Origin: an uncultured virus (IMG/VR IMGVR_UViG_3300038805_000372)
Lineage: Duplodnaviria > Heunggongvirae > Uroviricota > Caudoviricetes
Virus record (IMG/VR): IMGVR_UViG_3300038805_000372
Direction: 5' to 3' (one strand)
Length of the DNA stretch: 64,000 bases
Shown here: piece by piece, positions 9,843-17,641 of the stretch
Layout of the letters: every line of letters begins with the position of its first letter
How positions within the stretch are numbered: position 1 is the first letter of the stretch
Program-made: the position numbers and the translations under genes
The notes under the pieces: model-generated
Told to the model about the DNA's origin: nothing
Databases searched by the model: none
Seen by the model: only the letters and a program-made list of their open reading frames with translations

Positions 9843-10049
9843 TCAATCCTCCTTGTCGGCGATTGTCATATACGCGCCTTTATAATAGATTGCTTTGACT
9901 TTCCAATCGTCAACTAATTCTTTGCTTGTTTCAACTTCGGTTATCGTTTCTAAAACCTCGTCCGTTGTTGTTATAAAATTAGTGCCTACTTTTCGTAATA
10001 ATCTTTCGGCTAATCTACGCGACATTTTAATTATTGTTTTTTTGCTCAT
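9843..10049 (-). CDS. Hypothetical phage protein (start MSKKT)
   Basis: ORF with AAGGA RBS inside the operon. Confidence 0.55.
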   Translation of the reverse strand: MSKKTIIKMSRRLAERLLRKVGTNFITTTDEVLETITEVETSKELVDDWKVKAIYYKGAYMTIADKED

Positions 10050-10064
10050 AATTGTTCCTTTCAA

Positions 10065-10436
10065 TTATTTATTTTGAATAATAACTTTTGGCGAGCCGTT
10101 TTTGTAATCAATGACACCAAGTTCGGCGAATTCTTCCATTTTGTCTTTGCCAACTAAATTTTCAAGTTCGGTAATGCCGATAACTTTTTTTGTATAAAGT
10201 TTTTCGCCTAAATTTTTCTCAAGCACTTTAATACCGATGTCAGTAATGTAGCGCGTGCGGTTTCCCTCTACTAATAATAATCGCGGTATCTTTTCGCCTT
10301 TTTTTAGTCGCGCCTCAATACTTCCACAAAAGTCAGTTAGGTATTTAATAGAATTCTTTGCTCGTTCATAAACATCTGCCAAGTCTCCTATTAAGTCCAA
10401 GTCTAATGGTGCATACAACAATTTTTTTTCTTCCAT
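10065..10436 (-). CDS. Stand-alone C-terminal domain of DUF2800 (start MEEKK)
   Basis: GEKIPRLLLVEGNRTRYITD...KKVIGITELENLVGK matches the usual DUF2800 C-terminal region; AAGGAG RBS. Confidence 0.65.
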   Translation of the reverse strand: MEEKKLLYAPLDLDLIGDLADVYERAKNSIKYLTDFCGSIEARLKKGEKIPRLLLVEGNRTRYITDIGIKVLEKNLGEKLYTKKVIGITELENLVGKDKMEEFAELGVIDYKNGSPKVIIQNK

Positions 10437-10453
10437 ATTTTTTTCTCCTTTCT

Positions 10454-10530
10454 GAATATTAAAGGGCTTCTTATTCGATTTTGCGACAACCGTTTTTGAA
10501 GCCCTATATTCTCGTTCTGGTTGTCGCACC
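10454..10530 (-). ncRNA. Candidate pseudoknotted 5' leader RNA
   Basis: Crossing stems 10482-10491/10519-10528 (10 bp) and 10463-10470/10498-10505 (8 bp) lie between the promoter and the RBS. Confidence 0.5.
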
Positions 10531-10533
10531 ATT

Positions 10534-10562
10534 ATTATATAACGCCTTTATTTTATAGTCAA
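10534..10562 (-). promoter_or_regulatory. Sigma70-type promoter of the replication operon
   Basis: TTGACT-17 nt-TATAAT on the minus strand. Confidence 0.75.
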
Positions 10563-10573
10563 TAGTATTTCTT

Positions 10574-11250
10574 GATTTTTCGAAAACAACAGGTGCCATA
10601 TACACCTACCCCCTCTCTCGCGCGCGCGCGTATATTATATAAGGTAATCGTGCGTGCGTGCGCGTATGTGCGTGTGTGCTATTAAGAAAACAAAATTCCA
10701 TATACACCACCCCCCTCTCGATTTTTCGAAAACAACAAATGCCATATACACCTACCCCTTTGTGCGTGTGTGCGTGCGTGCGTGTGTGTGGGCGTGCGGG
10801 CGTGTGCGCGCTATTAAGTTTTCGACGGATTGAATAAAAAAATTTATTATGTTTTTTTTTTTTTTTTTGGATTGATTGGACAGGAAGCCCTTCGTCGTTT
10901 GGACAGGACTACACTCCGTGTGGACAGGAAGACCGATGGAGAGAACAAAAAAATTTTTATTTTATTGGACAGAAATCCGTCGTCGCGGAGAAGTGAACAA
11001 TTTTTTTTTGATTGAAGGCGAGGAAGGCGGCGGCGGAGAGAAGTGAACAAAAAATTTATTGTGTTTTTTTTTTTTTTTTTTGATTGATGGACAGGAAGTC
11101 CAGGCGACAGTAGGAACGATAGTAGGAAGTCTCAACGCCAAGTTCCCTCCATATTGAACAAAAAAATTTATTGTGTTTTTTTTTTCTTTTTTTGATTGGA
11201 TAGAATCCCGCCGTTTCTGGTTGGTCAGTATAAAAAAATTTTTGGATAAA
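10574..11250. repeat. Non-coding repeat region, candidate replication origin
   Basis: ~39-nt direct repeat (10574, 10720), three CCATATACACC boxes, (CG)n/(GT)n tracts, repeated TGAAC/TAAAAAATTTATT-polyT-GATTG-GGACAGGA units. Confidence 0.7.
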
Positions 11251-11260
11251 TTAGGATAAT

Positions 11261-11290
11261 AAAAAAGCGCCATTGGTTAGGCGCTCTCTT
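11261..11290 (-). terminator. Intrinsic terminator of the leftward early operon
   Basis: AGCGCC/GGCGCT stem followed by a U-tract on the minus strand. Confidence 0.7.
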
Positions 11291-11307
11291 TAGGTTTTTG
11301 CATTTGG

Positions 11308-11754
11308 TTATTCAAGCATTAATATATCTTGTTGTGTTAGTTCTTTTTGGCGCGCTTTTATACCATTAATGATTTTATTTCCGCTATATTTGATAACCAT
11401 ATAATAGCGCGCGTTAGGCTCTCGCGCGTAATGTTCAAGTAGTTCCGCGACATTCTTGAATTTTTTATCGTGCGCGTTGTCCGTTTCAACATAATATACT
11501 TTGCGCGCGCGCCCACTATTCTCGCGTTGTTTTTTTAGTTTCATATATTCTTTGTCCTTTCTTTTAGTTTCTTTGTATTGTTTTTGATAATTTCGTAAGG
11601 CTTGTTCTTTTTGGGCTTTGGCTGTGCTAATCGAGAATTTAATAAATGCCAACTTGTTTTGAAGATGAGTGGAATTTGGCTCTAAAAATAATTTTTCTTC
11701 TATTATTTTTTTTTCGGCTTGTAATTTTTTTATGCGCCTTGTAGTTTCTAACAT
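11308..11754 (-). CDS. Hypothetical basic protein
   Basis: ORF with AAGGAG RBS. Confidence 0.6.
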   Translation of the reverse strand: MLETTRRIKKLQAEKKIIEEKLFLEPNSTHLQNKLAFIKFSISTAKAQKEQALRNYQKQYKETKRKDKEYMKLKKQRENSGRARKVYYVETDNAHDKKFKNVAELLEHYAREPNARYYMVIKYSGNKIINGIKARQKELTQQDILMLE

Positions 11755-11769
11755 TGTTTTGCTCCTTTC

Positions 11770-12168
11770 TTAAATGTGCCTATTTTCTTCTACATTTATC
11801 AAACGATAATTTTGAAAAACTGCTTTTTCCATTTCGCGCATAATATTGAATAAACATATTGCTTGGTGCTTGAATGCGCGCCCATATTGATTAGCGATAA
11901 AAACTAAAAATTCGCGCTTGCCTTTTGGTGTTGTGGTATCGAATAAAGAGAAAATGTTGTATTTGATTTTTAACCGATGATTATATACTTTCATTATTTC
12001 CTCGCGCCCTCGCTTTGTGGTGTTCGCAAAAATACGAAAGTCATTTTCGCCATTTGTTAAAACGCGCCATATAATAAAGATATTTTTTGCGCTCATTTTC
12101 TTTCTTCTATCTTCTAAAAAACTATCGTATGGTGTGGGTGGTGTATATGGTTTTTTTCTACGCGTCAT
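11770..12168 (-). CDS. Hypothetical basic protein (likely start MTRRKK)
   Basis: AAGGAG RBS upstream of this ATG. Confidence 0.55.
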   Translation of the reverse strand: MTRRKKPYTPPTPYDSFLEDRRKKMSAKNIFIIWRVLTNGENDFRIFANTTKRGREEIMKVYNHRLKIKYNIFSLFDTTTPKGKREFLVFIANQYGRAFKHQAICLFNIMREMEKAVFQNYRLINVEENRHI

Positions 12169-12397
12169 ATTGCGCTCCTTTCGTGTCAATTTTTTCAAGC
12201 GACATTTTAATCGCTTTCGCTCCATCTTTGTATTTTTGTAAGTCAATACTGCACTCTTCAATTAATGGCGCAAAGTCAAAAGTTTTATCTTCCGCGTTTA
12301 TTTTTTGAAAAGTTGTTAAAAGATTTTTTAGTTCTTTGCTGACTTGTTCAAAGTTGTCTTTGATTTTTCGTAGGTTTTTGATTTTTTGATTATTCAT
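12158..12397 (-). CDS. Hypothetical protein
   Basis: ORF with AAGGAG RBS. Confidence 0.55.
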   Translation of the reverse strand: MNNQKIKNLRKIKDNFEQVSKELKNLLTTFQKINAEDKTFDFAPLIEECSIDLQKYKDGAKAIKMSLEKIDTKGAQYDA

Positions 12398-12449
12398 AAT
12401 TGTTGCTCCTTTATTTTTTTCTCAATAAAATTTTTTTCTTCTTGTCAAG

Positions 12450-13202
12450 TTATAACTTGAATTTCTTTTTTCCACCTTTGACTTCGACATTTTCGCGTTG
12501 TCCTTGATATTCGCCTTTGCCTCCTTTCGTTTCGCTTTGCGATTTTTCGCCCTCTTCGCCTTTTTCGCCATTGTCGCTTTCTTCGCCTTGCGATTTGTCG
12601 TTATCTTGATTTTGTTCGAGCGCTTTGTTCATTTTTGAGCGCGCTTTGTTTTCGCTATTTGCGCCATTGTCGCTATTTTCGCCATTTGCGCCATTTTCGC
12701 TATTTTCGCCCTCGCCCTCTTCGCCCTCTTCGCCCTCTTCTTTTTCTTGAGGCGGTAAATCAGTTAAGGCGATTACATCAAAGATTTCATTTAAGATGTG
12801 GCGCTTTTCTTTTAGCCATTCAATGTATTTATCGCCTACTTTTTCTATAAATTGCCAACCTACTTTTTCATCGTGATAGGTTGTCATTCCGCTCATAGTC
12901 TCAAAGAGTTTTCTAAATGATACATTGTGATAGCCATTTTCATAATCTTTGATTATTCCAAAGCATACTTTATGCACCTCTTCGTGTAATGGCAAAACAT
13001 AAAGCAATTCTACTGACCACTGCGCTAAATTATCAGTTATATATAACTGCCCATCTCTCGTATTAAACCAAGCCAAAACACTCGGTTTTGGGGGTTTTTG
13101 TATCGTTAAATAAATTTCTCTTTCGCGGTGTAGTCTATTCAAAAGATATTTTTGAATTTCTTCAATGGCTTGCTCTAATGTGAATTTTTTATTTTTTTCC
13201 AT
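12450..13202 (-). CDS. HExxH-motif putative metallopeptidase with acidic low-complexity tail (MoxR-associated)
   Basis: AWFN...LYI...LHEEVH motif; E/G/N/S-rich tail; two genes downstream of the MoxR ATPase. Confidence 0.5.
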   Translation of the reverse strand: MEKNKKFTLEQAIEEIQKYLLNRLHREREIYLTIQKPPKPSVLAWFNTRDGQLYITDNLAQWSVELLYVLPLHEEVHKVCFGIIKDYENGYHNVSFRKLFETMSGMTTYHDEKVGWQFIEKVGDKYIEWLKEKRHILNEIFDVIALTDLPPQEKEEGEEGEEGEGENSENGANGENSDNGANSENKARSKMNKALEQNQDNDKSQGEESDNGEKGEEGEKSQSETKGGKGEYQGQRENVEVKGGKKKFKL

Positions 13203-13229
13203 AAAATTATTTTTTTCCTTTCTACTTGA

Positions 13230-13946
13230 TTATATCAAGTTAGATAAATGCTCAATGCCACCAATTTCATTGCTTGTTTGCGCATTTGTTCTATCTCGCT
13301 CGGTTTTTTGATTAATAAACAAGCAATAAGCAAGCGCTAAATTGTGGCTGATGATAGGATAAAAGTTTTTTCTTCTTGCTTTGAACATATCAAAGTCGAG
13401 GTCGATAAACCAAATTACTGCATTTTTGCGCGTAATGCTTGAATTTCGCGAACAAGCGACAAAGTTTATAAAAACTCTTTCGCTATCGTTTTGTGTGGAC
13501 AATAGTCCATAAATTTTTTCTTTAGCGCTATCTCGATAATTCCACGAACAAAATGGGTTTATTTTTCGGCTTGATATGCGCTTTATTGTTTTTTCAAAAG
13601 AGACTGCTTTATAGCGCGCCATTCCGCTCCTCAAAGTCGAGCGAATATCTGCTCTTTGCCCTTTTTCTAAATTGTAATTGATTATCGGTCTTTTGTATTT
13701 CTTAACACTTTGATTTTGCTTTGTTGCGATTTTAATTTCGAATTCTACATTTATCGAATTTTGTAATTCTCTTTCGATTTGGTCATAACTAATATAATTA
13801 GTTAAATATTTTAACCAATTTTCGCAAACATAATACTCATAATCATCGCGGTCTTGAATTCTTAAAAGTTCGATTTCTCTTTGTGTCATTTCTCGACATC
13901 CCCATTTGTCGAGCCACTCTTTTGGCAATAAATTATTTCTTTTCAT
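13230..13946 (-). CDS. Putative divergent VWA/CoxE/CobT-like partner of the MoxR ATPase
   Basis: GQRADIRSTLRSG resembles the pre-VWA motif of MoxR partners; no clear DxSxS MIDAS motif. Confidence 0.35.
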   Translation of the reverse strand: MKRNNLLPKEWLDKWGCREMTQREIELLRIQDRDDYEYYVCENWLKYLTNYISYDQIERELQNSINVEFEIKIATKQNQSVKKYKRPIINYNLEKGQRADIRSTLRSGMARYKAVSFEKTIKRISSRKINPFCSWNYRDSAKEKIYGLLSTQNDSERVFINFVACSRNSSITRKNAVIWFIDLDFDMFKARRKNFYPIISHNLALAYCLFINQKTERDRTNAQTSNEIGGIEHLSNLI

Positions 13947-13977
13947 AAATTTATTTTTTCCTTTCCTTTTTCTTTGA

Positions 13978-14892
13978 TTATTCCGTTAAAAGCGATTCGG
14001 CTGAAAAGTCTAAATTCAAACCGCATTTAATTGCTTTGTTAAGATTAACAAAGTTTCTAACGGACTTTTTCTTGTGTAATTCTTCGATTTTAGCATTGAT
14101 TATTTCATAATTTTCGCCACTGACTTTTTTGTTAAGATATTCAAAGTTAGGCATATAAACTCTAAAAAACCTATCGGCTGTTGCTAAATCTATCGTGTTT
14201 CTTTCGCTATATGTCATTGATGGTGTTAACAAGTCGGTATTACCGCAAGCAATTATTATCGTGTTCGGATGGCGGTCTATTTTTTCGCCCTCTAAAGTTG
14301 TGATATAACCTTGCTCTAAAACGGAATTCAAATAAATTAAAGCATTTGGGTTGTATGAGTCCATCTCTTCGAGGACTAACACCGCGCCATTTTTGTATGC
14401 TAATTCTATCAAAGAATAAGAATATCGCCCTTGAATGTCTTTTTGACCTTGAAAGTCCATTGCGGTTTGCGCCATATTTTGAACGAATATTTCGCGGTTT
14501 TCGGTCTTTGCCACTTCTTTCGCAAAATGCGATTTTCCGTTTCCCTTATCGCCCCAAAGATAAAGATTAAAACCGCCTTTAATAATTTTTTGTGCGGTTT
14601 CAAAGAATTTATCGTGTTCTTTTTTGAGCAATTCATCTTTGTTGTCATCTAATTCGCTCAAAGTCTCGAATTCAAAACCTTTTTTGACCGCCTCTTCGAC
14701 TTTTTCAAAGATTTTGACAAGTATTTCAAAGTCGGCTTGCGCTAAAATTTCCGTTGTCGGTTTTTCGCCTTTGATGTTCGCAATAATTTCGTTAGCAAGT
14801 AAAATTATTTCGGCGCTTTTTTCTCTTTTGAAAATCTCGAATCCTTTCTCTTTTTTTGTCTTTAGAATAGTTAGCAGTTCTCTTCTTTCCAT
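13978..14892 (-). CDS. MoxR-type AAA+ ATPase (AAA_5, CbbQ/NirQ/CobS-like)
   Basis: GDKGNGKS Walker A, VLEEMD Walker B, IIACGNT and DLATADRF. Confidence 0.8.
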   Translation of the reverse strand: MERRELLTILKTKKEKGFEIFKREKSAEIILLANEIIANIKGEKPTTEILAQADFEILVKIFEKVEEAVKKGFEFETLSELDDNKDELLKKEHDKFFETAQKIIKGGFNLYLWGDKGNGKSHFAKEVAKTENREIFVQNMAQTAMDFQGQKDIQGRYSYSLIELAYKNGAVLVLEEMDSYNPNALIYLNSVLEQGYITTLEGEKIDRHPNTIIIACGNTDLLTPSMTYSERNTIDLATADRFFRVYMPNFEYLNKKVSGENYEIINAKIEELHKKKSVRNFVNLNKAIKCGLNLDFSAESLLTE

Positions 14893-14922
14893 AATTTTTT
14901 GTTTCCTTTCCTTTTTCTTTGA

Positions 14923-15444
14923 TTAAATATTTTTGAGCAAATAGTCTTGTCTTTCTTTAATATTTTTTTCTTGTTCGGCAACCTTTTTTCGTGTGTCGCG
15001 ATAGTTATCACTATCAGTGCCAAAGATTTCGCCTATTTCTTTTGATAAACTTTCTAACTTTTCTTGTTGTTTTATTAAATCGCTCAAAAGTTTGTCGTGA
15101 TTTAATATAATGCCTTTAGCATTTTCGATAATCGACTTTGCTACCGCAAAATCTACCTCGCCATTTATCTTTGTCAAAAGTATCAAAGAGGCAAGCGCTA
15201 ATTTCGCGCTATCGGTAGTGTTCGTTTTTTCGTTGTTAAGATTAACACTTACGCGCTCTTGCTCTTCTCGGTTTTGTTCTTCTTTGACAAACTCCGCGAT
15301 GTTTTCATAAATATCTAACTCTTCTTTGTGCTTTTGATAAAACTTAAAAGCAAATTTAACTTGCTTGTCCTCTTTTTCCACTCGTAAAATTTTGTTCTCT
15401 TCTACGAAGATTTCGTAGCCACCTAAAATTCTTGTTCTTTGCAT
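14923..15444 (-). CDS. Hypothetical coiled-coil protein
   Basis: First ORF of the early operon; AAGGAG RBS. Confidence 0.6.
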   Translation of the reverse strand: MQRTRILGGYEIFVEENKILRVEKEDKQVKFAFKFYQKHKEELDIYENIAEFVKEEQNREEQERVSVNLNNEKTNTTDSAKLALASLILLTKINGEVDFAVAKSIIENAKGIILNHDKLLSDLIKQQEKLESLSKEIGEIFGTDSDNYRDTRKKVAEQEKNIKERQDYLLKNI

Positions 15445-15549
15445 AATTTTTTTCTCCTTTTTTGTTTTTTATTTTTTCGTATCGTATCAACTTAACTTAT
15501 TCTTTTTTCTCATTTACCACCGCCCTTTCGGTTTTTCATTTGCACCACC

Positions 15550-15579
15550 ATTCTATCAGTTTGGCTAATTGTATGTCAA
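15550..15579 (-). promoter_or_regulatory. Sigma70-type early promoter
   Basis: TTGACA-18 nt-TAGAAT with an upstream A/T tract. Confidence 0.6.
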
Positions 15580-16115
15580 GAATAATTTTGAAAATGTTTT
15601 CTAACGAAGTTAAATTGTTGAAAAATAGTGTTTTTTGCTCGTTTTTTTAGTGAAGATTTTAGTGATTTTCTCGTAGCGCGTAAAAAAGAGCGCGCGTATA
15701 GGTTTATTTTAGGTATATGTTTTTGTGCTTGACATTCAAAAAAGAGTAAAAAAGCGATAAAGTGAGTAGGATGAGTTAAGCACTTTCTTGTATTGTGAGA
15801 AAAATAAAATAAATATATAAAAAATATTCTTGACACATATTAGAGAGAGCGCTTTTATTGCAACTATATATATACTATAGAGAAATGCCTATCTCATACT
15901 ACTCATTGTTATACTTTCCGCACTTTTATAACGCTAAAATTGACTAATAGTTAGTCAAGCACAATTTTTGGCATTTTCACCATTGAAAAAAATTTTTTTT
16001 CTTCACTAAAATTATTTTTATTCTTGACATCGCAATAAAATTATTCTTGACACACTTTAAGTGTTTTTGTGCTTGACACACTTTTTTAGTCTATTTTCGG
16101 TTGTCAAGAATTTTT
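15570..16115. repeat. Cluster of (C)TTGAC(A) motifs in both orientations
   Basis: About 9 copies, mostly ATTCTTGACA or GTGCTTGAC, plus the palindrome TTGACTAA-TAG-TTAGTCAA near 15940. Confidence 0.65.
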
Positions 16116-16167
16116 TTCTATGTATAACGCAAAAAAGACCGCGCGCTTGTGAAAAAGCAAACGATAG

Positions 16168-16197
16168 CAAAAAAAAGACGGTTTTTACACCGCCTTT
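16168..16197 (-). terminator. Intrinsic terminator
   Basis: GGCGGT/ACCGTC stem plus U-tract on the minus strand, downstream of 16217..16729. Confidence 0.6.
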
Positions 16198-16216
16198 ATA
16201 ACACTTCTTTGAGTGT

Positions 16217-16729
16217 TTAGCGAATTGTGGTTGTCTTTTTTACGCGATAATCATAAGACATAACAACTTCGACATTGATTTCGTTTGACCAATGCTTATT
16301 ATAAGCATCGACTAATTTTGCGATTTCGGTTTCAAGTTGTGCATAGTCTTTCAAAGAAGACCGCTCGCTACTTTTTGGTTGACTATTCCAAAACTGCGCT
16401 TTTGTCTCGTTTTTCTTGCTTTCAGTCTTTTTAGACTGCGCCTTTGTTTTCTTGCTTTCAGTCTTATTAGACTGCGCTTTTTTCTCGTTTTTCTTGTCGG
16501 TGTTCGCTTTCACATTTTTCAAAGTCTTAAAGAATTGAGTGGCGCTAACTTTTTGGTTGTGGAATACTCGTTTGAGAAAAGCAAAGTGCTTTTCCGCGCC
16601 GTATTGTGTGATTTGGTTGTCAATGTAAGAAATAATCTCTTTTTGCTTTGCAAGTGCTTTTACACTCACTTCTTTTAAGACTAAAGTCTTAAGAACTTTC
16701 TCGACTGCTACCTTGTTTTTGATTTCCAT
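16217..16729 (-). CDS. Lysine-rich hypothetical protein with KAQS.KTESKK repeats
   Basis: AAGGAG RBS; tandem repeats at ~16393-16480. Confidence 0.65.
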   Translation of the reverse strand: MEIKNKVAVEKVLKTLVLKEVSVKALAKQKEIISYIDNQITQYGAEKHFAFLKRVFHNQKVSATQFFKTLKNVKANTDKKNEKKAQSNKTESKKTKAQSKKTESKKNETKAQFWNSQPKSSERSSLKDYAQLETEIAKLVDAYNKHWSNEINVEVVMSYDYRVKKTTTIR

Positions 16730-17031
16730 ACTATGTATGTCTCCTTTTCCGCCGTTTTGGCTAACCTCGATAGGCTAATTATATTATAATGGCGCTAAAA
16801 ACAAAGAGCAATTTTTCGCTTGTCTTAAAATAATTTTCTTGAATAAAATTTTTTTAACTTTTCGCTTGACACGATTTCGGTCGAGCCAAAAACCGCCTCG
16901 TGCGGGTAGACTACGCGCTTTTTTATGCGTATAGCGGGCATAGGGGGGGGCATAATGCGAGCGACGCGCCTTGCCACGAGGACAATAAAGATAACCACAT
17001 ACCTATCGCGCAAAAATTTACGAGCAAAAAG

Positions 17032-17060
17032 TTGTTATTCTCTCATCATCGTTATATAAT
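17032..17060 (+). promoter_or_regulatory. Candidate promoter for the packaging/structural operon
   Basis: TTGTTA-17 nt-TATAAT. Confidence 0.45.
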
Positions 17061-17203
17061 ACACTTATGACAAACGCAGAACGCCAAAAAAAGTATTACT
17101 ATGCCCACAAGCACACGAAAGCCCTGGCTCGAAAAATGCTTGGCGTTTCGACATACACTAAATACCACAAAAAATACTACAACAAAAAAAGAGGCAAAAA
17201 ATA

Positions 17204-17641
17204 ATGGCTTATGAAAGAGAATATGAAAAGTTGAGAGGGGGGGTGCGTGAAATATACCGCCTCAAACTCGAAGGATACACCGATAAAAATATCGCGAAAT
17301 ATTTTGGCATATCTATCGGCGCGTTTCAAAATGCCATTGAAATTGATGGTGTCGTTAAAGATACATACGACAGCGCGATGGAGATTTTGTGCGCGAAACT
17401 TATGAATGTCGTGATGAATAGGGCGCTTGGAACTGATGGCGCGACGGATAAAGAAGGTAATCCGATTCCGCCAGACCACAATTTAGCCTTTCGACTGCTT
17501 GAAAAAATAGACCCGCGCTTCCGTCAGAAAGAAGAAAAGCGCGCGATTATTACTATTGAACAGGTCATACGCGAGGTTAGCGCAAAAAAAGGCGAGGTCG
17601 TAGAGATAGATATGGCGAAAACAGAGGTCAAAGATGGCTGA
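17204..17641 (+). CDS. terS: Terminase small subunit (putative)
   Basis: N-terminal HTH (GYTDKNIAKYFGIS); overlaps the TerL start. Confidence 0.7.
   Translation: MAYEREYEKLRGGVREIYRLKLEGYTDKNIAKYFGISIGAFQNAIEIDGVVKDTYDSAMEILCAKLMNVVMNRALGTDGATDKEGNPIPPDHNLAFRLLEKIDPRFRQKEEKRAIITIEQVIREVSAKKGEVVEIDMAKTEVKDG

Noticed and set aside
10574..11250. CRISPR array or mini-array
   Set aside because: Repeats are degenerate and irregularly spaced, spacers are low-complexity, and there is no cas operon; the Cas4-like gene is a DUF2800 phage nuclease.
10830..11273. Short ORFs in the track (10830..11015, 10847..11050, 10962..11273)
   Set aside because: Poly-F/poly-K translations of homopolymer repeats with no RBS.
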